From Podarcis cretensis (Eukaryota): a stretch of DNA of 64,000 nt. Shown here piece after piece: positions 13,301-25,300 of this stretch (positions within the stretch are counted from its first letter, which is position 1; each line of letters opens with the position of its first letter). Position numbers and translations under genes: made by a program. The stretch covers positions 40,610,001 through 40,674,000 of the forward strand of contig OX638156.1 in NCBI GenBank assembly GCA_951804945.1, in the 5' to 3' direction. The notes under the pieces are model-generated. The model worked only from the letters and a program-made list of their open reading frames with translations, was not told where the DNA came from and made no database searches.

Positions 13301-16300
13301 CTGCTACACCCAGAAAATGAAAATGCTGCATAGCACGAGAAGGCCTCCCACTGCTTTGACCATGACCCCTTCAGACTTGCGTGGGCCAATGGGGCTTTCT
13401 TCTCCCTGCAACCCTATATGAGAAGGACAACCTGCATCTCATGTACCATCTAGTTATTGCTAGCAGTACGATGGCTCCTCTCCCAGTCTAGAGAGTCAGG
13501 CTAGAGAGTAGAGGCTTGGCAAAGGACTTGTGTGAATCATGGAGGTGGAGGGAGTGGTAACAGGAGGAGCAGGAATGGTGGAGCGATTGTGCTTTGCAGA
13601 GGTCACGATGGGCCAGAAGGTAGAAAGGTGACTTCACAGATTGAAAGCGAGGAGGCTGCTGTTCCAGATGCTGTAGAATGGCATAGTCAAAGGTGCAAAG
13701 GCAGAGTAGAGAGAAGAAGGCAGAGGTAAAGGAGAACTTGCTTCAGACTAAGAGGTCAAAAAGAGAAATATTTCATAGGAAGTGAAGAGGGTGGAGAGCT
13801 TGCATCCTTGGTGGGAGCTGACACAGGTGCTTAAGGAGAGGAGCGAGGTGCTCCTTGGAGTGGAGATGGGGACAGTTGTGACATCCTCCACTCCCTTTAT
13901 TGCCTCATATGTCTTCATGAATTGGTAGCAGTTGGGGACTGTGGGGTAAAATAAGGCTTGGTTCCATGATGACATCTGCGAAATCAAATGAAGTCAGTTG
14001 AGGGAGAAGGCAGGGGAGGGCAGTACAAAGAGATGGGGGGGGGAGTATTTTTGCAAGCAATATTGAAATAGCATGGTGGGCATTTTCAGTTATGCAGAAG
14101 ATGTTCCTGAAAAACAATGAAGGTTTTGGCTTAGCCCTGTTTACAAATATAGTTATTATTGATAGATTGAGTTTAAATTACTTGTAAGCTGCTTAATATT
14201 TAAAAAATCCAAAGCGGTATACAAAGTATAAGGCAGTCAGTGCACAACATGCAGCCTAGAAAAGACATAAATACAGTTTGTTGCTTTCCACAGTGACCAG
14301 TGATATGACATATCTGGCCAATATCACTCCTTTCGGGATGCAGACATGGACAGAAATGTCGCCAGGGCTGATGTGGGCCAGGAGCCCAGTGCCTCCTGGA
14401 GGGCCAGCTACAGATATTAACAGTGGCCCTCACACTTTTATAGACCTTTGTAATATATGCAGTCATGATGCTACTTGTCTGAAATCATCAATTTTATCAC
14501 ATGTGAACATCCATAAAAATTAGATGAAGGTGATGGACTATATGGAACTGGCGGAAATGACTGGCAGAATCCGAGACCAGGGAGAAGAGTCGGTGGAGGA
14601 AGATTGGAGGAAATTTAAAGACTATTTACAGAAGCACTGTAAAATTAATATCTGTTAGAAGGATGTTGGAACAATATTATATGATTTTAGCAGGAAGGAT
14701 AAAAAAGATTTGGGAATAACTGACTGTTAATTGGTGAAAGGAGGAAAAGTAAAGCTACATTATATTAAGACAATTTACAGGACAAAAATTTTAAAAGGGG
14801 GAAAGGATTTGCTGAAATAGATATTAGACCTAGAATACGAAAAAGGGAGGTGTGAGGAGGTCAAGGAAATAAGCTAATGAAAGAATGGTAATGAGGAGAT
14901 CTGATGCATTTTCTTTTTTGCATTTTTGTTTTTGTTTAATAGGCTTTATTTCTCTGTTTTTGTTGTTGTTTTGTTTTTGTTGTTGTTTTTTTTCCTCCTC
15001 TTTTTTATATTGTGGTGTATTGTTTTGTTTTTGTTTAATGTGGTATGTTTATTTTTTCTTTCTGTAATTGTTGAAACTTTAATAAATATTATTTTTTTAA
15101 AAAAAGAACATCCATAAAAATTAAGCAAGCATGAAACTGAGCTTCCCTCTATCATAACAATAGGGACTGAGAGCAACAGAGCCAACATCATAGTTCATCA
15201 GAATGACAAATCCTGGACAACAGGGTCAAAGACCAGTGTTTACTTATTTAAAAAGTCATTTAACCTGCTCTTCAGGCAAAAAGGCTCCAAAAATAGCTTA
15301 TAAATTGAACAAAAAGAATACTGTTTGGCAAACCAACTTGGGTGTGTTTCTTCACAACACTCTTGAGTATTTTAAACATCTCTAGTACAGACGTACTAGA
15401 CAGGTGGCGCTGTGGGTTAAAGCCTCAGCGCCTAGGGCTTGCCGATCGAAAGGTCGGCGGTTCGAATCCCTGCGGCGGGGTGCGCTCCCGCTGCTCGGTC
15501 CCAGCGCCTGCCAACCTAGCAGTTCGAAAGCACCTCCGGGTGCAAGTAGATAAATAGGGACCGCTTACCAGCGGGAAGGTAAACGGCGTTTCCGTGTGCA
15601 GCTCTGGCTCGCCAGATGCAGCTTTGTCACGCTGGCCACGTGACCTGGAAGTGTCTCCGGACAGCGCTGGCCCCATGCCTCTTAAGTGAGATGGGTGCAC
15701 AACCCCAGAGTCTGTCAAGACTGGCCCGTACGGGCAGGGGTACCTTTACCTTTACCTTTAGTACAAGTCAGAGGACTCACAAAATGGTTGCTTTTGCTTC
15801 TTGGGAGCTATTCAGTAAGTCTGGATACGGGTGCATTATGCTATAATCAAACTGGTTTAAACAGAATTTAATTTCGTGTCTGAACAATGGAAGATGAGGA
15901 ATTGCCATTTATTGAGGACACGAAAGGCTTTTTGACAGAAATCTGTGACACCAGGTTGGAGTCTGCTCTATGCCCAGGTAGTGTTTATTCAGCAGAGACC
16001 ACCAGTCACTGAAGATATCAGGAGACATCACTTGCAGCAGTAAAATCTAGGAAGGTTTGCTTGTTTCTAGACTGGCATTTTCCCTACCTAGATGACCTCT
16101 CGGTGCTCCAGTTTAGGTTACCCAATTTCACCATAGTCAGGAAATAGATTTGAGACGCCACATCTGTTCAGGGGCTACCTCCAGAAGTAGGCCAGAGCTT
16201 TGAGGCTGGACCTGGGGGCTGGTGGGTGAAGAGGAGGTGATGCCTCTGTCTCCCTGTCCTCCTTTCAGGTAAAGGGGACCTGCAGCCTCAACTGGACAAT

Positions 16301-19300
16301 GCACTCCAAGATGTCAATGACATGTACCTTCTTTTGGAAGAAACGGAGAAACAGGCTGTCCGCAAGGCACTCATTGAGGAGCGAGGGCGGTTCTGCACCT
16401 TCATTGCTTATTTGCAACCTGTGGTGGTAGGTGCCCCCCCCACCCCTACCTTACCCAATATTCAGCTGCCCACATTTGTTTCATGGGTTGAGTAAACTGA
16501 GAAAACAAGTCCCTTATTTATAGTGTATTTTAATTTGCAAACAAAATTCTAGCAGCCACCCCCACCCCTCCCATAGTGACATTATACATCTCTGGGTATT
16601 GGTAGGTAATTAAAATATTTGGTGCACGGGCCCATTGGAGAAAAACGTGCCTCAATTTTGTATGTGGTGATTTATGCATATAGATGCAAATTTAGGCAAC
16701 TTGCAGAGAAAAACAAACTCCGGCTCCTCCTAGACTTACTCTGAGCTATGGGGTGTCAACAGGGTTAGATTGCACCCAACACTGTCTGTCACACCTGCAC
16801 ACACCTCTGCTCCCACCTGAAGCAATGCTTTAAAAGGACTTGCCCCGTTTATATTGCTAATCTACATCCTGTCTTTATCTATCCATTCCTTTCCAAGGCT
16901 TCAGCCCTGTGCATGGGAGCCAGTCCTATTGTGGATTTAGGTGGACTTGCCAAGTTAAGGTTAAGGAGGCTGTGTGCGCCAACAATTAATGAAACTTTGG
17001 TCGAGCCCTTCCCTTGAGATGCTGTTGATTTATTTATTTATTGCATTTATATCTCATCTTTTCCTCCCAGGAGCTCAAGGTCGTGTATGTGGTTCTTGAT
17101 GACTACATATTAGATCAGCCTTTCTCAACCTGGTGCCTTCTAGTTATTTTGGACTACAACTCCCATCAGCCCCAGAGGTGGGCTGTGCTTGTGGTAGTAT
17201 CGCCCAGGCTGAACTGCTAAGTTGCCTTTGACTCTTCATCCAAAAATCCATACTTCTATCTCCAGGGCTAGGGAACCATATGGCTGGGCCCTGCCCAGGT
17301 TAAGCCACATAACCTTCATCAGACAGAACCAGCACTTGCAAAGGGTCCATTTGTAATGCAAGGATACTTATCATAGAATCGGAAGGGACCATAAGGGCCA
17401 TCTAGTCCAGCCCCCTGCAATGCAGGAATATTGAGTTGTCTTTCTCCAGAACACAGCAAATGCTTGATTCTCTCTTGTCTCTTTTGCAGAATGGAGAGAT
17501 CACCATGCTGGGAGAGATCACCCACCTGCAGGGCATCATTGACGACCTGGTGGTCCTGACAGCTGACCCCCACAAATTGCCATCGGCCAGTGAACAGGTG
17601 GGAGAGCCAAAAGGATGGAGTGCTGGGGAGCTTTTAGAAAAGGATGTGTAGCTATGTGGATGTTATTTGGATTTATATACCAAATCTGTATGTGATTCTT
17701 CAAGTCAAATTCTCAGACTGGCTTCCAGTACAAAAGATAAAACATTAACAATTTAAAAGCGACAATAATGATAACACAGTAGCAGCTTCACTAAATCAGA
17801 ACAAATCCTAGAAGGCCCTTGATTAAATTCTCAGTTAATTTATTGCATCATGCAGTTTGGGAAATATGGAACTAGTCCAGCCCAAGCTCCAGCTTTCAGA
17901 ATTTAATTGTGACAGGTGCCCAGATAGCCCAGCGTCAAACTTCTAGCAGTGGCAGAGTCTCTAACTGAAACCAGGGAGGAGATAATCCGAAAGGAAGGAA
18001 TTGGAAAATACTTCCTAGGTTCAAAATACCTTTATATAACAGAAACTAATTATTCCTTCACACCCACAGTGATGGATACAGGAGCTTAGCCAAACCAAGT
18101 AATGACTTATGGGCCTTATATGCAAACATATGTCTTTTGAGAATTAAACAAAGAAAAGAAGTGCAGACTTATAAGGTGGAATTGAAGGGTTAGATGGACC
18201 AGTGGTCTCGAGGCAGCGAAAGGTGGTCTTAATGGGGCATTGTCAGAATGTGTGCCTGCCTGTGTGGGATTGTTGAGTGGCCACTGGTGGCATTTCCTCC
18301 TTTTCTGAGAAAGTAGAGTAACCCCCTGGACTCTGCTCCAATTGGGAGGACAAATGAGACACAGTTGGAAGAACGTTTTGCACCCTGAGAAGTGTCACGG
18401 AGCTACCTTTTAATGCCAAATATTTTGCAGGTGATCAAAGATTTGAAGGGCTCTGATTATAGCTGGTCTTACCAGACCCCGCCGTCCTCTCCCAGCAGCT
18501 CTGGGTCCCGCAAATCCAGCATGTGCAGGTAGGTGTGTTTGGCGCAGCTGGAGGAATCTCCAAGCTCAAGGGCATGACTGCCAAGGGGAGCATAGCATGA
18601 CCTGCCTTTCTCTAAATGGGCCTGTCGCCACTCGTATGATCCCATGGAGGTAGCCAGTGAGGTGCTATAATTCTTGAGTGACTCTTTTCTTTTTTTAATA
18701 GTTCTTTTTGTGGTATTTTGTTTAAAAAATCCCAAGTTCAAATAACTAATGCAAACCTCTCCCCATCACTGTGGGAAGAGAAACTAGCAATTCAAAGCTC
18801 TGTTGACCAACAGTCCCCTAGTTTGGATCAACAGAAAGCAATGGAGTCAGTCACCTGAACTTGCAAAGGAGACATGTTTAAAGGCACAGGAGCCCTGAGG
18901 TGCTTTAGGCACATGTTGCCTGCTGATGCTGCGACTGTGTGTCGGGCTCCCTCAGGAAACTGACATGCCATGTGGACTAAGAAGTGGGGGAACATGGCAC
19001 TTCCAGAGCAGTGAGCCTAGTGCAGAAACACCCTGGGATTGTGTGTGTATATTTGTGTGTGTGTGATCATTGTCAGGCCCTCAGCACCACTGCAGTCTCT
19101 TAGCTGGGAGAGAAGTGTGTCACTTTCCCCAATACGCTCCTTTCCTGTCTGTAATGCCACTTAATTCCTCACAGTTTGTGTGGGTTGGACTGGTTTTTTG
19201 TTTTTTTAATAAATGAAAACAAAACTCTCTCTTCCTTCCTTTGCACCCCCTGCTATTCTCACTCCTACCCCATCAATGCACTTTGATGATGGCGCTTTGT

Positions 19301-22300
19301 CTCTCCTGCGCGCCTCGTCCTGCCCCCTTCCTGCCGTCTCATCCTGCCACCCTTTAGCGGCGCTAGCAGTGCTCAGGGTGGCCCCCCATGGCTCACGGGT
19401 TCTCAAACATACTCACCAACTTCCATATGTCGCTACCGCAGCCTGGCACAGCCCGTCAATGCCAACACCCGCCTGTCCAGCGTCTCATCGCATGACTCTG
19501 GCTTCATCTCCCAGGACGCCATGTTCTCCAAGCCACCTTCGCCAATGCCCTCGGACCTCACCAGTCAGGTAAGCTCAGCGGGGCAGCCGCCAAAGGCCAC
19601 AGAATGAAAAGGGGAAGCCCTGGGCAAACATGGCAGCTATCAACACTCTTCTTGCTGTTACTCTGCTGCAGGCAGGCCCAATCCGGTTGTGCATGCACAG
19701 TCTCTTAGGGGAAGTCAAGGGTACTGGTGGCCACAGGACAGACCCCTTGAATGAGCTACCATCCCCCACCCCCTCCAGTTTAATCAGATTCCTCTGCCCT
19801 CATTCCTTCATTTTATAAACCAGGCTGGTTGACTATTTAGGTGGGGTAGGTTCCCAGCACTACATGGGCTGTGCAGCGGATGGGTGTGCCAGTCCCCCCC
19901 ATTTTAGTTGGCTCCAGGTGAGTTGTTGGCAGCCACGTCTCTCTTTTGCCTGGGAGTAGGCCCAGAAATCTGTGAGGAAAAGAAGCCTGCTTCTCTCCTT
20001 GGCCACCTGGTGGTTGCAGAGTCCCAGGAACTGACAGCCTCAACTCTCCAGGGGTGATGAAGAACTCCTACATAGGTGTCAAGGCTTCAGATTTGGGGGA
20101 CCTGCAGCTCGGAGCCTCCCTTGAAGGGCAAAAAGATCTCTCTCATCCCTCCAGCTGAATAGCCAGGTGCACATAATGGCTTACTTCTCTGTGACTGGGA
20201 AAGGGGCTTAGTGCTGCAGGGACTGTAACAAGTCCCCTCACCCACTCAAGTAGCTTTTGCCAGCCTGCTGCCTATTAAGATGCCTGCCCCAGTGTGGCCG
20301 TTCCAGTGCAAATTAAGAGCCCAGAACATCTGGAGGGCTCCAGGCCTGTGAAGGCGGCACTAAAGCATGGGTTTCTGAATCCCACAGCCGTGGAGGGTTA
20401 CAGCCACTCAAAGGTTCTCACGTCCCCATTTCTTTTAAGTGTAAAGAGCCAGCAGCTCTTTCTCTGGGGCTTCTGCAACAGATGGTCCAGAGGGATTTTA
20501 TCCAAGACTTGCAGAGCGAGGGTTTATCAAGCTGCCCTGAGCTGAGGGTGGCTCCAAGAAAAGCAAGTTAAGATATTTGTGAATAATGTGTTTTTGTAAA
20601 GTGTCTCATGGAGGTGCAAACAGAATGTCTGGCCTGCGGGCAGGAAGAGGGCAGCTGCCGAGTGCACCTGTGAGGAAGGTGCAGGAAGTTTGGGACGTCC
20701 CTCTGGCCTCCTGTGTGCCTTGTTTCCACACCCTGGGCGAGAGGAGGCTTTCCCCTCCTGCCTCTCTGCTTCCTGAAGCTAGTCCTTTCCTGTTGCCCTT
20801 GCAGAGGGAGGAGGCCTTCCTTTCCTCGGCTCCTTCCTCATCGCTTTCCCTGCTGAAGAGTTATTGCAGAGGGCCTGGAAGTGCCTGTGCAAAATCCATG
20901 TGAGGCCCCTCATGGGCTTCCCGTGAGCGTGTGTGGCTCCTCCGGTGTTTGCACTGCCTGCTGTGATCTAACATCTGGCTCTTAAGTGTCAAGGCTGGCT
21001 GCCCTGCGCTTGCATCTGCCTCCTCAGGTCTCTCTCTGTCTCTCTCTCTCTCTGCCTGCTGCTTTCCCTCCACCAGCTGCTTAACCAGGTCTCTTCTCTC
21101 CCTTCTCTCCCATATGTCTGTTTTGCTCCTGCTGACCTTTGGACTTTGGGCATGGCAGAAGTCCTCCAGCTCCGCATCGTCCGAGGCCTCAGAAACCTGC
21201 CAGTCTGTTAGCGAATGCAACTCCCCGACCTCGGTCAGTTCTAGCTCTGCCCCCGGGGCATGGTCAGGCGGCCGGAAGGTGACGCGCAAATCGGCAACAT
21301 CCTTCCCACCCACCCACCAACCCACCCATCACACACCCAGGATCCAGGGATACGCACCCCACCCAGTGGCTGATGCACTGCAGGGCTTTAGCATGTCACA
21401 AACCTTTGGGGAAATGGACACCTCCTCCTACTCCTCTAGTTGCCGTCTCCCTCTCCTCTTCTTCATCCACCATTTCTGTTCCCGGTCCCACCTTGTTGGC
21501 TGGCTTTTGGCTCTTGGCTTTTTGATGGTTGTTGTTTTTTTGGTCCTGGCTTGATGATTCCGGTGTGATTCTGGCTTCCTCTGCAGCTCTGCCCAGCCGG
21601 TTGCCACGGGCCGCCCCCTTCCCACCCCCTGCAGGTTGGCTGGGTGTGCAGCGGTCATGCATGTGCTCTGGGTTCTCTTCACCGTGGTTTCTTACTGTGT
21701 TTCAGTGGAAACCCCTGAATGTAGCTCATGTGGCCAGGACTGAAGGAAGCTCCAGAAGAAGCCTTAGCCTGGTGTGTATATTGTGGTGTGTCCGTTTCCG
21801 AGATCTTGACCAGGGGAGTCAGCTGCTCCAGAGCTGGAACAGGAGCCTTCTGTGGCTCTGTTGGCTCTGGAAACATGTAGCTCCAAGCCTAATCTTCCAG
21901 CAGCAGCCTAGGGATTCCCCTCTGGAAAGCAATGGAGGTGATGCTGCAGAGGTCACTCAGGAGCAAGAGCCTCTGCTCTGCACAAGTTCCGTTCTGTTTG
22001 GGGGGTTTTCTGCATCATTTAATATGCTCAATGGTTGAACCCAGCCAGGCTCCCACCCCAGCATTTTTAGGTGCAGGTAGCAAAGGCTCCCATGTGGCCC
22101 CAGATCAAACCCATCAGGCTGTCTGAAGCAGTCGTTCTTTCCTCTTGCACACTGGCATTGTGAGCACATCAAAGTGCTCTGGAAACAGGAAGTGCTGCTT
22201 CCTTCTTCCTGAACACAGGAAGCTTGCATCAGGACAGCTTTGGGATGGCAGAATATGAACTATTTCCCCTCAGCTGACCCACCTGCCCCCCCCCCCAGTC

Positions 22301-25300
22301 TCTGCAATGTCCCTGTGCTGCCATCTCTGAGTCGGGGCAGGAACTGCTTCCCATAAACAAACACCATGTAGGGTTTGGTGTGAGTGGAGTGAAGTGGTGT
22401 GGTGTGGGGGGGGGGGGGCTGAGAACAGCCCCTGCCTGGAAGTCCTTCCATTCTCAGATCAGCCATGAGCTCACTGAGTGCTTTTAGACAGCAGTCTGCC
22501 TTTCAGGACCATTGTATGGATCATGCAGAACTGAATGTGCTGTGTTTTGAACACTCAGTATTTATATAGCACTTTCTGTAAGAGGGAAGATGCATTCACC
22601 TGACTTTCCAGAAAATGTGTTTGAGGAGAGTGAGAGAATTGGGATTCCAGTGGGATGGGGGACACATATTGTTGGAGGTATCATGACTGTCAGCTTCTTC
22701 AAGCTCTTGGGGAAGCAGCCCACACTTTTAAAAGGAAGCAGGCACCCTCCTGGCCTGGCGCCTCCACCTTTCCTGTCTTTGTTGAAACCCTTTTTAAGCC
22801 AAGAGGGGATTTCTCCGTCACCAGCCCAACAGAGCAAAATGGTGGCAGAGCCATTTTGTGATTGCCACAACCCCTGCTCTTTGCCCTGGGGTGGCCCTTT
22901 TGCCAATTCCTCTCTCCCCACCCCCTTGCCCAATCCCTCTCCATCCAGTCTCATCTCCCATTTCTGCCCTATTCCATACCCACCTGACTTTGCACTGCTG
23001 TGCCCGATGTTGGGGCCCCAGCTGTGCCGTCCTACCCATCTCCTCTTGGATTTTGCAGGATTGGTCCAAGGCTAGCCTCTATGAACAGCCGGTGGCAAGC
23101 ACACTGCAGCGAAGGAAGGACCGCGTAGAGCATCTCCGTGAAGCTGAGCTGGGCTCCACCAGCCTGGTATACCCAGGAATCAGCTTGGAGGAAGGCTCCA
23201 GGCCCCGCATGTCCCCGGCCTCCATTGCTGCCAAGGTATAGCCAGCTTCAGTGTCAAAATGGGAGACCGGGGGGACAGGAATTTGGAATAGGTTTGGTAC
23301 CCAGGTGATGGAGCACTTACTTGTCCCAGACCTTAGCTAGGAGGCAACTCCCTGGAGGAGAAGACCCAGGCCTCCTCTGTATATCTTGTTCCAGAAGGAG
23401 ATTTACCCAAATAGCAACTGGCATCCTTGAGCTAGTGCAGAAGGGAATTTCAGGGCAGCAGAGGAAGTTCTCTCAGAGAAGTGTTTTGCAGTTGATGGGT
23501 TTTGCTTATATAAATCGTGAAAAGTTGCCACCCCCAGCATGCCATCGCATGCCAGCAGCTTCCTGTGTAGCCCTTTGCCCTGATGGGGCTGTGGAGCCCT
23601 GGAGGAATTGAATGATGCATGTCTGTTGCTTATACTTCATATGTTTGATGAGGGACCTGCTTGAGTGACCCTGGCAGACATGATGCCTACTCTCACCAGC
23701 TGCTGTATGTGAGTCACTGGGGAATAGCCATGGGAGGGAGGGAGGGCTGGCCACTGCCTTTAGGCGCCACTTTCCTCCTCCTACTTCCACCTTGCCTCTG
23801 CCCCACAAAGCCCCCTCACTTCAGCCCCCCCCCCCCCCAGTACACACAAAAGAAATGGGCATTATTTGCACATCCTGTCTTGAGCAGAGCTGCAATGATG
23901 AGGGGCTCATGGGGTGCATGTGGAATTGGGGCACACAAGTTAGCCTGGGAGAGATCCAGGCTAACCACCCTCATGTCAGCAGCTGCTTGCCCACTAGGGG
24001 TGTTGTGTTCACGGCCAACATAGTTTTGGGGAATGAGATAACTTGATCATTCTCCTATCTCCCCATCTCCACTTGCTTTCCATTAATGTTTTCTGACCTT
24101 TGGGTGCAGGTGGCCTGGCCCAGGCACACACATGGTGCCATCTCCTACAGCTCAGGGTGCCATTTGCTTTGAGACCAGCTCATCACACCTCTCACTCCCC
24201 ACCCCATTTTGTTTCTCCACCAGCATGGGGAGGAGGTGTCCCCAGCCGCAAGTGACCTGGCCATGGTGCTGACCCGAGGCCTGAGTCTTGAGCACCAGAA
24301 GAGTAGCCGGGACTCCCTGCAGTACTCCAGTGGCTACAGCACACAAACCACCACTCCTTCCTGCTCTGAGGACACCATCCCCTCGCAAGGTATCTCTGCC
24401 AATGGGCTTCTTGGCACCCAGGGAAGGGGTGGGGTGGCGTTTTACTTAATGTGGTTGCCCAGTTTAACGATAAATTTTTTTAGGGTGGCATACATGGTTA
24501 TTACATTTATCTATATCTTGCCTCCCCCCCACACCCATGGGATTCAAGGCAGCTTACAACTAAAATAGACACAGGTTATATATATTAACAAAATCAAAAT
24601 ATATACGTATGAAAGATCTCATATAGTGGAGAGTGTTGCGCATGGAGTCCAGCAGTGGCTGCTTGGCTGTGCTGCACCTGCCAGCTGAGAATGCTGACAC
24701 CCACCCTGTCCATCTGTCGCCTCCACAGGCTCAGATTACGACTGCTATTCCGTGAATGGCGACATGGAAGGGGAGAGCCAGAGCGAATTCGACAAATCCT
24801 CGACTATCCCTCGCAACAGCAACATCGCCCAGAATTACCGGCGCATGATCCAGACCAAGCGGCCTGCTTCTACTGCTGGCCTGCCCACCGGCACTGCCCT
24901 GCCCACCGGCGCCACGCCAGGGGTGGCCACCATCCGCCGCACACCTTCCACCAAGCCCACAGTACGCCGAACCCTCTCCAACGCCGGCCCCATTCCCATC
25001 AGACCCCCCATCGTCCCTGTCAAGACGCCAACAGTGCCTGACTCCCCTGGGTACACCGGCCCCACCCGGGTGGGCAGCGAGGAATGTGTGTTCTACACTG
25101 ATGATGCCTCACCAAGCGCCATGGACTTTGCCAAAGCCTCGCCCAAGAGGCTGAGCCTGCCAAACACCGCCTGGGGCAGCAACGTGATGGAGATCTCTGT
25201 ATATGCCGGGAAGCACCTCTCCACAGAGGAGGAGGAGCAGCAGCTGGCAGCCAACCGGCACAGCCTGGTGGAGAAGATTGGGGAGCTGGTAGCCAGTGCC

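Noticed and set aside
13500-14000. Purine-rich stretch suggestive of an ancient antisense L2 LINE fragment
   Set aside because: No diagnostic motif could be read with confidence
22980-23058. PDFALLCPMLGP / ISSW peptides loosely like MTSS1 PDYAHYYTIGP...IPSWK just upstream of exon 13
   Set aside because: The pieces lie in different frames and overlap the acceptor's pyrimidine tract; similarity is too weak
24390-24397. Donor gtatctct resembling a U12-type 5' splice site
   Set aside because: Does not match GTATCCTT and there is no U12 branch site; treated as a U2 intron
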